Below, in pieces: positions 18,842 through 26,784 of a stretch of 64,000 nt of DNA. The translations under genes were made by a program, and so were the position numbers. Below the pieces are notes generated by a model that made no database searches, was not told where the DNA came from, and was given only the letters and a program-made list of their open reading frames with translations. The DNA lies in the IMG/VR virus record IMGVR_UViG_3300009184_000029, positions 1-64,000 of that record; one strand, written 5' to 3'. The first letter of the stretch is position 1, and every line of letters starts with the position of its first letter.

Positions 18842-19328
18842 GATGATGGGAGTTATATCTGAAAAGTTAGAAGATATACAAGGAACACCATTATACCATA
18901 AGACCTCAACAAGTAGAGGTATTGATATTATTAATACGGATTCATTAAGGGGGGTTTTACCATCAGGTGATTATTTAGGTAACGACAAGAGATTAGCAAA
19001 CACCAAAACACAAACAGCAATATCATTCACAAGAGATAAAAACTGGCAACCAAATAATACAATTGGTGTGGGACTTGATTCATCATTGGAAGATACGGGA
19101 ATAACATTTGTGGTGGATAGAGATAAGTTAAAGACAAAGTATAAGATAGAACCATTCAATTATCACGGAATTGACCCTGATTCAGAATATAAAGAAAAGT
19201 TTAATGAATTAGAAGACCGTGTAATGACAAATGAAATATATCCACTACACAAATATGTTATAGATATAATTTACACAGGGGATAATCCTGAAGTACAAGA
19301 AATAATAGATAGTTATTTAAATAGATGA
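18807..19328 (+). CDS. Leader-bearing protein, possible ADP-ribosyltransferase fold
   Basis: MNLQEEISRIHEMMGVISE leader; PLYHKTS...AISFTRD...ELEDRV pattern. Confidence 0.55.
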   Translation: MNLQEEISRIHEMMGVISEKLEDIQGTPLYHKTSTSRGIDIINTDSLRGVLPSGDYLGNDKRLANTKTQTAISFTRDKNWQPNNTIGVGLDSSLEDTGITFVVDRDKLKTKYKIEPFNYHGIDPDSEYKEKFNELEDRVMTNEIYPLHKYVIDIIYTGDNPEVQEIIDSYLNR

Positions 19329-19600
19329 ACTTACAAGAACAAATATCAAGAATACAATCAATGATGAGGGTTATTAATGAAAACTCGGTAGAAGATAAAA
19401 TTAATGACTTATCAGAAAAGGAAAGAACATTCCTTAAAGATTTCGGAACTGACCCCACATTAAGAAAACTAATGACATCTCAAGAGATTAAGACGGCAAA
19501 CAAATTAGTTAAGAAAGGTATGATGGAAAAAGGGACATCTGATGATAATAAATCAAATGTAATTTATTATGTTGACTCATTTGTATATAAAAGACTATGA
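19325..19600 (+). CDS. Leader-bearing small protein (possible winged helix)
   Basis: Leader nearly identical to 18398; LSEKERTFL...ANKLVKKGMM...YYV. Confidence 0.6.
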   Translation: MNLQEQISRIQSMMRVINENSVEDKINDLSEKERTFLKDFGTDPTLRKLMTSQEIKTANKLVKKGMMEKGTSDDNKSNVIYYVDSFVYKRL

Positions 19601-20598
19601 ACCTACAGGAGCACATAAGAAGAGTATTAAGAGAGGAATTATCCCCAAGGATAAGAAGAAGACTTTCTAATGATGAAATGGAAAATGAATTTCTTGAATC
19701 TTTTGAAGGTGCTTATCGTCTTACAAAAAACAGAAAGGTTTTAAGTTCACATTTTTTAGATGAGTTAGTCTACACAACAATAACCTTTATGATGGATGGG
19801 GTGCATTGGAGATTTGTTAGCACATTACCTGAAGATGAATTTTGGTATGATGATATACATCAAGAATTAGAAAATCATTATAAAGACAGAATTATACAGA
19901 TGTATAATGAAAAACAAGGAATTAATGAATCAATATTAAGGGAAGAAACTAAGTTACCTGTTTATATTAGAAGAAGGGTAAGCCCTGGTGACCTTGAGTG
20001 GTTGATTAGGGATGTTAAAATTTCTTTAAGCAGGGGAAAGAATAAAAGTGATGCCTTATATGATGCAATTCAAAATCTTATTTCATCAAACAGAGAACTA
20101 TTAAAAGATTATGATATGTTCCAAGATGTGTACGCATTTGACGAACCACTAATTAGATATATCAATTCAAAATTGGACGAGGAACCGTTAAATGAATCAA
20201 TATTAAGGGAAGAAACCTCACGTCAAAATAACTTAAAAGATATACTCTCAGATGTTGGTGTTTATAATACTTCAAAAATGGTAGGAGGTATTAAAAATCT
20301 GTATAAATTACTTGGTTTTGTTGGGACTCAAGAGGAAATGATTTTAATTGTTAACACATTAATTAAACATGATATTCCGATTATAGAAAATATATGTGAT
20401 TTTAAAATTGTACCAACTCAAAACTCATTAAAACTATATGTGGAAATACCAAAATATTATCCTATTCATCCTGATGATTATTACCCGAACAGACAAAAAG
20501 TATTACAAGCGAGAGATAACATAAGTACCATGATAAATAAAATGGGAAATGGGTTAGTAAAAGGACATGTTGTAGAAGTTAGTATAGGTAAATGTTAA
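19597..20598 (+). CDS. Leader-bearing tripartite protein with two internal NESILREET motifs
   Basis: 26-bp exact DNA repeat AATGAATCAATATTAAGGGAAGAAAC at 19924 and 20191. Confidence 0.7.
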   Translation: MNLQEHIRRVLREELSPRIRRRLSNDEMENEFLESFEGAYRLTKNRKVLSSHFLDELVYTTITFMMDGVHWRFVSTLPEDEFWYDDIHQELENHYKDRIIQMYNEKQGINESILREETKLPVYIRRRVSPGDLEWLIRDVKISLSRGKNKSDALYDAIQNLISSNRELLKDYDMFQDVYAFDEPLIRYINSKLDEEPLNESILREETSRQNNLKDILSDVGVYNTSKMVGGIKNLYKLLGFVGTQEEMILIVNTLIKHDIPIIENICDFKIVPTQNSLKLYVEIPKYYPIHPDDYYPNRQKVLQARDNISTMINKMGNGLVKGHVVEVSIGKC

Positions 20599-21296
20599 AA
20601 CAAAGAATATTAATGGAAGGGATTGAGGAAATTGGTAATTTTACCAAATTAGAAAAAGTAATAATGGAATTTATCAATCGACAAATTCCTAAAGAAAAGT
20701 TACCTGAAAACTTTCATGGTATTGCTGTTGATGTATATAACACTCAGTACGGAAAGAGTTGTAAAATAACTTTTTTAATGAAAAAACCTTTTTCAGAAAA
20801 AGACTCTGATGATTTACATGATATGAGTCTAAATGCCAAAAATTTAGTTAAGAGTTTTTTTAACAAAAAGTTTCCATATGGTGTAACTACAGGGACATCG
20901 ACTATTAAACACTACAAAGAAACAAAAGATTGGTACGATAGTCAAAAGGACATTAAAGAAATGAATCTACGACAAACTGTAAAAAGAGTATTAAGTGAAA
21001 CGACCAAAGAAGTATTGTGGTTAAGAAGGAGACTACATTCACATGAGGTAATGAGAGATTTGAAAGAAACGGTTATTGGTAACATAGAATTCTTGGATGG
21101 TCCTTGTGGATATGATACAAGTAAGGAATGGTTTGATTCCATAATGAAAACGTCTGTGGAAAACTTTATCAGTCACTGGGAAGAATTGTATGATGCTGAT
21201 GATATGGTCACCTTAGATGATTTTGTATATGAGATTATTAATGATGAATACGGGGATATGATTAGAAAGGCATATAAAAATAGAATATGTGATTAA
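20592..21296 (+). CDS. Fusion ORF with an internal in-frame leader MNLRQTVKRVLSET at 20961
   Basis: Leader class B Met in frame mid-ORF. Confidence 0.6.
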   Translation: MLKQRILMEGIEEIGNFTKLEKVIMEFINRQIPKEKLPENFHGIAVDVYNTQYGKSCKITFLMKKPFSEKDSDDLHDMSLNAKNLVKSFFNKKFPYGVTTGTSTIKHYKETKDWYDSQKDIKEMNLRQTVKRVLSETTKEVLWLRRRLHSHEVMRDLKETVIGNIEFLDGPCGYDTSKEWFDSIMKTSVENFISHWEELYDADDMVTLDDFVYEIINDEYGDMIRKAYKNRICD

Positions 21297-21302
21297 TTAA
21301 TA

Positions 21303-21602
21303 TTAATCAATAATCAATAAATTCTTAAATTCAAAACCTGTCTTACTCTCAACCCAATCTCCGATAATATTCATCGTTTCACCTCTATCTAAACTAAAAA
21401 AGGAGGATATCGTTTTTACAAAATCTTTTTTTATAAAACAATATGTTTGTTTGAAGGTGGATATTATGATTTCACGGTTTTCAATATTATAATTGTTCCA
21501 AAAGTGATAATCACCATCATTGTTTGTAACATAAAAGTTTTGTATATTAAGATAACGAAAGATTACTTTCTCTAACTGTGATTCTGTTATCAAGTATTTC
21601 AT
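21303..21602 (-). CDS. Paralogue-family protein (MKYLITESQ)
   Basis: Leader A; IFRYL...ISSFFSL...IIGDWVE. Confidence 0.75.
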   Translation of the reverse strand: MKYLITESQLEKVIFRYLNIQNFYVTNNDGDYHFWNNYNIENREIIISTFKQTYCFIKKDFVKTISSFFSLDRGETMNIIGDWVESKTGFEFKNLLIID

Positions 21603-21955
21603 ATATATAAATCAAGAAATTGTTCTAAGGTAATACCAAGAGGTCGAATACCTAAAAAGTTCATAAATTCAGATTCATCATAACTATCACCTCTATCATC
21701 AAGAATCAATGGGTGGTTTGAACTATAATTCATTTGATATAACACCTTATGATTATCATCCAATTCTATAAGATACATCGGACCATAGTTATCCATCAAA
21801 CTTCTCCTTAATAGACCATCGTAAGTAAAATGGAAATCAAAATCATTCAGTATTCCACGTATACTTGGGTCAAGCTCCACACGACCTGTGAGGTCAATAT
21901 TAAACTTATCCTTAATAAATGTTTTTAATTTAGATTCGGTGATTAATAGTTTCAT
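21599..21955 (-). CDS. Leader-bearing protein (MKLLITESK)
   Basis: Start reassigned; AATATTTATAA box upstream. Confidence 0.65.
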   Translation of the reverse strand: MKLLITESKLKTFIKDKFNIDLTGRVELDPSIRGILNDFDFHFTYDGLLRRSLMDNYGPMYLIELDDNHKVLYQMNYSSNHPLILDDRGDSYDESEFMNFLGIRPLGITLEQFLDLYI

Positions 21956-21968
21956 GTTATTATAAATA

Positions 21969-22301
21969 TTAATTAGACGGAATCTGCATCCACTCAGATT
22001 TAATATTATTGGCCCACAAACAAAAATCAATATCTACCTTTAAGGTCTCCCCAACCCATCTACCGATAGTTTCCCTAGCATCATAACCTTGCATAGAAAA
22101 AAAAGAAGCAACCTCACCAATTAATCCTGTATATATGACACATTTACTATCCTTTTTAAAATATCTAATCTGAGCATATTCATCACCTTCTGAATTTACA
22201 AAGTATACACCATCACCCTTCTCAATCTGAATGAAGTCCTGATTATCCAAGTACTTAAAGATTATTCTATCTAATTGTGATTCTGTAATTAAGTATTTCA
22301 T
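21969..22301 (-). CDS. Paralogue-family protein (MKYLITESQ)
   Basis: Close paralogue of 24409; ends WV+12aa+10aa+MQIPSN. Confidence 0.8.
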   Translation of the reverse strand: MKYLITESQLDRIIFKYLDNQDFIQIEKGDGVYFVNSEGDEYAQIRYFKKDSKCVIYTGLIGEVASFFSMQGYDARETIGRWVGETLKVDIDFCLWANNIKSEWMQIPSN

Positions 22302-22308
22302 AATTTAA

Positions 22309-22587
22309 TTAATCCGAGTGTAAGAATTTAAGTAATGCTCTAATATATTGGGAACGTTTCTCATAGAATTCAGTTTCATTACCATATTGTAAAAACTCCT
22401 CACGTCTATGTCTATCAATGAAATCTTCAATTAATCCATAAATGTGGTCATCCCTGTCAGCAGAATCTTCAAAATCTTCATCATCCATAGCGTAGTTATA
22501 ATCATCCTTAAGCGCTTTCAATTCATCTATAGAAAACCTTCTAAGTAAAAATATGTCTAACTGTGATTCGGTGATAAGGTATTTCAT
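22309..22587 (-). CDS. Leader-bearing acidic protein (MKYLITESQ)
   Basis: Start reassigned; overlapping TATCTTTG and TATTTATA boxes upstream. Confidence 0.65.
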   Translation of the reverse strand: MKYLITESQLDIFLLRRFSIDELKALKDDYNYAMDDEDFEDSADRDDHIYGLIEDFIDRHRREEFLQYGNETEFYEKRSQYIRALLKFLHSD

Positions 22588-22689
22588 TATATATAAATAC
22601 AAAGATAGGGACAAAGTTGAACTATATATATTGGGTTAATAATTTCATAAGAATATGATAATATGGTTTGTTCTTTACTTTCTATACTT

Positions 22690-23400
22690 ATGGAAATGGA
22701 ACTATCAAAGTTATTAACCATTGTTATACCTTGTAAGAACGAGGGGATAACTATCAATCAAACTTTATCGATATTAAATTTCCAAAATGGTATTGATGGT
22801 GTTAAGGTTATTGTTTCCGATTCTTCGGATGATGGAACAACATATCATTTGGAGAACAGAAACAGGGACTATTTCAATCTTGACATCATTCAGGGTGGGT
22901 TACCTAGCAAAGCAAGAAATAATGGAGCAGAACGAGCTGAAACTCCGTTTGTATTGTTTATGGACGCCGACATGATGATACTTGATACAAACTTACTTCA
23001 GGAGTGTATGGAGATGATGAGAAGAGAAAGGTTAGATTTGTTGACAACAAAGGTAAGAACAACAAACGGAAAATACAATTATGTGTTCAGAACATTTGAT
23101 TTGATTCAGGGGATAACAAGATATATCACACCATTTTGTTTAGGTGGGTTTATGTTAATGAGAAAGTCAACATTCATAACACTAAACGGATTTGATGAAG
23201 AGGCACAGGTTGCTGAGGATTACTTACTATCAAAACAGATAAAGACAAATAGATTTAAGGTATATAGAAAAACCATATTCACATTACCAAGAAGGTTTGA
23301 GAGTAAGGGATTATGGTATATGACAAAGTTAATGATAATGTCATTCCTTAACAGAAATAACAAGGAGTTTTTCTCCGACCACAATTCATATTGGAAATGA
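22690..23400 (+). CDS. Family 2 glycosyltransferase
   Basis: TIVIPCKNE, VIVSDSSDD, KARNNGA, VLFMDAD, GGFML, AED. Confidence 0.9.
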   Translation: MEMELSKLLTIVIPCKNEGITINQTLSILNFQNGIDGVKVIVSDSSDDGTTYHLENRNRDYFNLDIIQGGLPSKARNNGAERAETPFVLFMDADMMILDTNLLQECMEMMRRERLDLLTTKVRTTNGKYNYVFRTFDLIQGITRYITPFCLGGFMLMRKSTFITLNGFDEEAQVAEDYLLSKQIKTNRFKVYRKTIFTLPRRFESKGLWYMTKLMIMSFLNRNNKEFFSDHNSYWK

Positions 23401-24107
23401 GATACAGAACAATTATAATGAGTGATTTACATCTTGGCGCAAAACAATCACAGACGGACAAGATAATAAAGTTCTTGGAAGAAAACCAAACGGACAAGTT
23501 AATACTAAACGGAGATATCATAGATGGTTGGGCACTCAAAGGTAGTGGTAAGTGGACAAAGGATTGCACCAAGATATTCAGGAAGTTTATGAAGATGTCG
23601 GAGAAGGATACAAAGGTAATTTATATAAGGGGAAACCACGATGACTTCCTAAAAGATTTCATTCCGTTTAAGTTAAACAATATAAGGATTGTAAGGAAGT
23701 ATGTACATGAAGGAATGGACGGAAGAACATACTTTTGTTTTCACGGGGATGTATTGGATTTCGTTATAATGGAAGCAAGATGGTTGGCAGTAATCGGTGG
23801 ATGGTCATATGATATTGTCATTAAGTTTAATACTCTATACAACAAAATAAGAAAGTGGTTTAACTTACCATATCATTCACTGGCAAATACAATAAAACAA
23901 TCTGTTAAAGGGGCGATTAACTTTGTATCTGATTTCGAAGAAAACGCGAAAGGTTTAACAAAACAGAAGGGATATGATGTTGCGGTGTGTGGACATATTC
24001 ATCACCCGAAGTTAGAGAATGACTATATGAATTCAGGAGACTTTTGTGAGAACTCTACATGTCTTGTAGAAGATTATAATGGGGAGTGGAAAATAATTAC
24101 TATATAA
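23391..24107 (+). CDS. UDP-2,3-diacylglucosamine hydrolase-like metallophosphoesterase (LpxH-like)
   Basis: SDLHLG, LNGDIIDGW, RGNHDD, FHGD, CGHIHHP, YMNSGD. Confidence 0.85.
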   Translation: MEMRYRTIIMSDLHLGAKQSQTDKIIKFLEENQTDKLILNGDIIDGWALKGSGKWTKDCTKIFRKFMKMSEKDTKVIYIRGNHDDFLKDFIPFKLNNIRIVRKYVHEGMDGRTYFCFHGDVLDFVIMEARWLAVIGGWSYDIVIKFNTLYNKIRKWFNLPYHSLANTIKQSVKGAINFVSDFEENAKGLTKQKGYDVAVCGHIHHPKLENDYMNSGDFCENSTCLVEDYNGEWKIITI

Positions 24108-24396
24108 TTATAACTTCTTTAACTCTTCTATCCAAAGTATTCTCAACCCATCTAGCGATAACATATTTAGCATTATCAAATTCTATAGAGAAGAAATTTT
24201 TAATCTCATCAATTAACTCAAAACTTATTACACAGTCACCACTTCTAAAGTATTGGATTAATGAGTCCTTATATTCATCACCCTCTGAATTAACGAAGTA
24301 TATTGTATTTCCTTTTTTAATCTGAATAAAGTCCTGATTGTTCAAGTATATGAAGATTACTCTATCTAATTGTGATTCTGTGATTAAGTATTTCAT
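24100..24396 (-). CDS. Paralogue-family protein (MKYLITESQ)
   Basis: Close paralogue of 24409; ends RWVENTLDRRVKEVIII. Confidence 0.8.
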   Translation of the reverse strand: MKYLITESQLDRVIFIYLNNQDFIQIKKGNTIYFVNSEGDEYKDSLIQYFRSGDCVISFELIDEIKNFFSIEFDNAKYVIARWVENTLDRRVKEVIII

Positions 24397-24408
24397 TATT
24401 GATAAATA

Positions 24409-24741
24409 TTAGTTAGATGGTATTCTCAACATATATCCACGGTGGAAAGATACAAAAGGGGTGTCAGTGACCCTCATTTGGAGGGTATTCTCAACCCACC
24501 TACCAATAACTTGTTCAGAATCAGATTCATCCAAAGAAAAGAAGGAAGAAATTTCATCCATTAATTTGTAATATATCCCACACCAACCATCATCTTTATC
24601 ATATCTGATTTGAGCATATTCATCACCTTCTGAATTGGCGAAGTATATATTATCACCCTTTTCTATCGGAATAAAATCTTGGTTGTCAAGATACCTAAAG
24701 ACTATTTTATCTAATTGTGATTCGGTGATAAGATATTTCAT
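24409..24741 (-). CDS. Paralogue-family protein (MKYLITESQ) whose 3' end overlaps a CRISPR-like repeat-spacer unit
   Basis: Ends RWVENTLQMRVTDT-PFVSFHRGYM-LRIPSN. Confidence 0.8.
   Translation of the reverse strand: MKYLITESQLDKIVFRYLDNQDFIPIEKGDNIYFANSEGDEYAQIRYDKDDGWCGIYYKLMDEISSFFSLDESDSEQVIGRWVENTLQMRVTDTPFVSFHRGYMLRIPSN
24413..24495 (+). CRISPR. Minimal repeat-spacer-repeat unit with a type VI-B-like direct repeat (degenerate partial repeat, ~30-nt spacer, full repeat)
   Basis: Full repeat 24460-24495 GGTGTCAGTGACCCTCATTTGGAGGGTATTCTCAAC with ACCCTC/GAGGGT stem; partial repeat ending GGTATTCTCAAC at 24430; intervening spacer 24431-24459/60. Confidence 0.6.
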
Positions 24742-24760
24742 ATGATAATAAATACAATTA

Positions 24761-24768
24761 TATTTATA
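24761..24768 (+). promoter_or_regulatory. Putative late promoter box TATTTATA
   Basis: 5 nt before ATG 24774. Confidence 0.6.
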
Positions 24769-24773
24769 ATATT

Positions 24774-25229
24774 ATGAATCTACAAGAAAACGTAAGAAGA
24801 ATATTAAGGGAAGAATACACCGCAAAACAAATGAAGTTATTAACTCTGGCAAGTAAGGTGGGGTTACTAAAGGTAGGGAAAATGCTCGGAGGTGTAGAAG
24901 ACCTTATAAATGTGTTAGGTGATGAGTTCCTTACAACAAACAATAAGATTAAGATTATTAAGGAAATAGTAGAAACAACCGATGATGAATATATTACACT
25001 AATGGACATGAATGAAAATCCAATAGTTCTCAAGGATGAAGACGGTAAACTTTCACAAATAGAAATGATATATAGAGAAGATGTTGCAGTGTTCCATTAT
25101 GGTGGATATAAATACTCACAAGATTTAGGTGAAAGTTATATGTCTTATGAAGAACTACCAAAATATGTATTAGATGATATTTTTGATATGGTATTAGATT
25201 TCTATACAGGTACTTTAGAGAATAACTAA
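24774..25229 (+). CDS. Leader-bearing protein (MNLQENVRRILREE)
   Basis: Leader B; GLLKVGKMLGG segment resembles those in 15278 and 19597. Confidence 0.7.
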   Translation: MNLQENVRRILREEYTAKQMKLLTLASKVGLLKVGKMLGGVEDLINVLGDEFLTTNNKIKIIKEIVETTDDEYITLMDMNENPIVLKDEDGKLSQIEMIYREDVAVFHYGGYKYSQDLGESYMSYEELPKYVLDDIFDMVLDFYTGTLENN

Positions 25230-25688
25230 TTATTGATTTAATACCTCTTCCACCCCTCTTGTGAAGGGTCCAAAATATGATTCCGTTGTAGATACCTTAT
25301 GATTTAATACCTCTTCCACCTTCCAAGGAACACGAACTTTAACATCGCACGTTGTGGATACCTTATGATTTAAGACCTCTTCCACCAAATGGGCATCATT
25401 GAAAAACGCATCACCAGTTGTGGATACCTTATGATTTAATACCTCTTCCACCCAAGAAGATAGAACAGGACTAAAATCACCTGAACTCATAGAGAATATT
25501 TTAAAAAACGAATTAAAAAAATCATATCTCCACCATAAAGTACCTGACTTATCAAGTTCGAAGTACCAATGTTTATTATCCCTATTAATGAACCATATTG
25601 ACCCATTATAAGGAATAATCTCACAATCACCCAACTCTTTATATAGGTGTTTAAAAATAACTTGTTTAAATCTATCTGTAATAACCAT
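25230..25688 (-). CDS. Paralogue-family protein with in-frame CRISPR-like repeat tail (VEEVLNHKVSTT x3 + VEEVLNQ)
   Basis: N-terminal ~80 aa align by eye to the family; host-type promoter upstream. Confidence 0.75.
   Translation of the reverse strand: MVITDRFKQVIFKHLYKELGDCEIIPYNGSIWFINRDNKHWYFELDKSGTLWWRYDFFNSFFKIFSMSSGDFSPVLSSWVEEVLNHKVSTTGDAFFNDAHLVEEVLNHKVSTTCDVKVRVPWKVEEVLNHKVSTTESYFGPFTRGVEEVLNQ
25234..25452. CRISPR. CRISPR-like mini-array: 3 full 36-bp repeats + 1 truncated repeat, three unrelated 30-bp spacers
   Basis: Repeat GTTGT(G/A)GATACCTTATGATTTAA(T/G)ACCTCTTCCACC at 25285, 25351, 25417; partial at 25234-25254; spacers 25255-25284, 25321-25350, 25387-25416. Confidence 0.7.
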
Positions 25689-25692
25689 AGTA

Positions 25693-25700
25693 CAAATATA
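25693..25700 (-). promoter_or_regulatory. Bacteroidota -7 box TATATTTG
   Basis: 4 nt upstream of ATG 25688. Confidence 0.65.
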
Positions 25701-25925
25701 GTAAGAAATTAAGAAATAAACAAACTCATTCCCCCATCCCCACTTTCAGTGGTCGTTCCATTCCCCTTCGGGTCATTACACTAATGGGTACATTCATTTG
25801 TTTACTTCTTAATTTCCCCCATTGTATGAATCTATAATAAACGTACAACACTAATCTATAATAATCCCCCATAATGAAAGACACATACTATGAAGGGACA
25901 TATAGTTATACTGTTAATGGTATTG

Positions 25926-26059
25926 TACCCCATCGGGATAATGAAATACCCTAAAGGGTATGTTACACGATAAGAATATACCGTTAGGGTATAATACCGA
26001 TAGGTATAAAATGAAGGGGACAATACGAAACATATCTGTTATGTCAGGTTTAACCTGAC
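25926..26059. repeat. Cluster of short inverted repeats in a long non-coding region
   Basis: ATACCCTAAAGGGTAT (25946), TATACCGTTAGGGTATA (25977), ATACCGATAGGTAT (25994), GTCAGGTTTAACCTGAC (26043). Confidence 0.7.
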
Positions 26060-26520
26060 TATAGTGATATGAAACATATGTCCCACAATTTACCACCATA
26101 ATAATTGTCCATATCATGTGTCTATATATGAAAGGGAAATCTTAGAAACCCCGTTGAAGGACACTATAATACACTATTTTCGTTGAAGATTGTAACGACT
26201 AAAGTCTGTCCACGCCACTTTGTTAGTGTAATCTATTTTTCTCTGGAAAATGTATATAGTAAAAAAAACCCTTCTCACACTATCATGAGGACCATTTTTT
26301 TCACTTTTCATATAATCAAAAACACCCCTCACATATATGTCAGTGGGAAAAAGTGGGAACATTTACCTATGGATAATATACACATATTAACCTATATTTA
26401 TTATAGTTGTAGTGTCTAAAAGTGGTCAAGGGGATTAACCCTTAACGCGAGCTCGACTGACATTTTGACAAAATCAAATTTTTTAACAAATAAAGTTATT
26501 AACAATTTCCCCCTGACAGT

Positions 26521-26784
26521 ATGACAAACAACAATTCCATACATGACACGTTAAGAAACACGAGGGTTTTAACTGACACTTTAAGGGACCATAAGGTGGT
26601 TTACTTATATTATAATGATGAGAAGGTGGGAAGGATGGAGTTTGGGATTGTCCATTCCCCTCTCCAAGGGAATCAGTATGTGTTAAGAAGTTATAAGATA
26701 GAGAGTGACTACTCAGAGTTATTCAAGGGTGAGGAGAGTCCCATTATAACTCTGACCACCTATGTTAGGACACTAATGGTTTAA
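26521..26784 (+). CDS. Hypothetical protein
   Basis: ORF converging on 26765. Confidence 0.45.
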   Translation: MTNNNSIHDTLRNTRVLTDTLRDHKVVYLYYNDEKVGRMEFGIVHSPLQGNQYVLRSYKIESDYSELFKGEESPIITLTTYVRTLMV

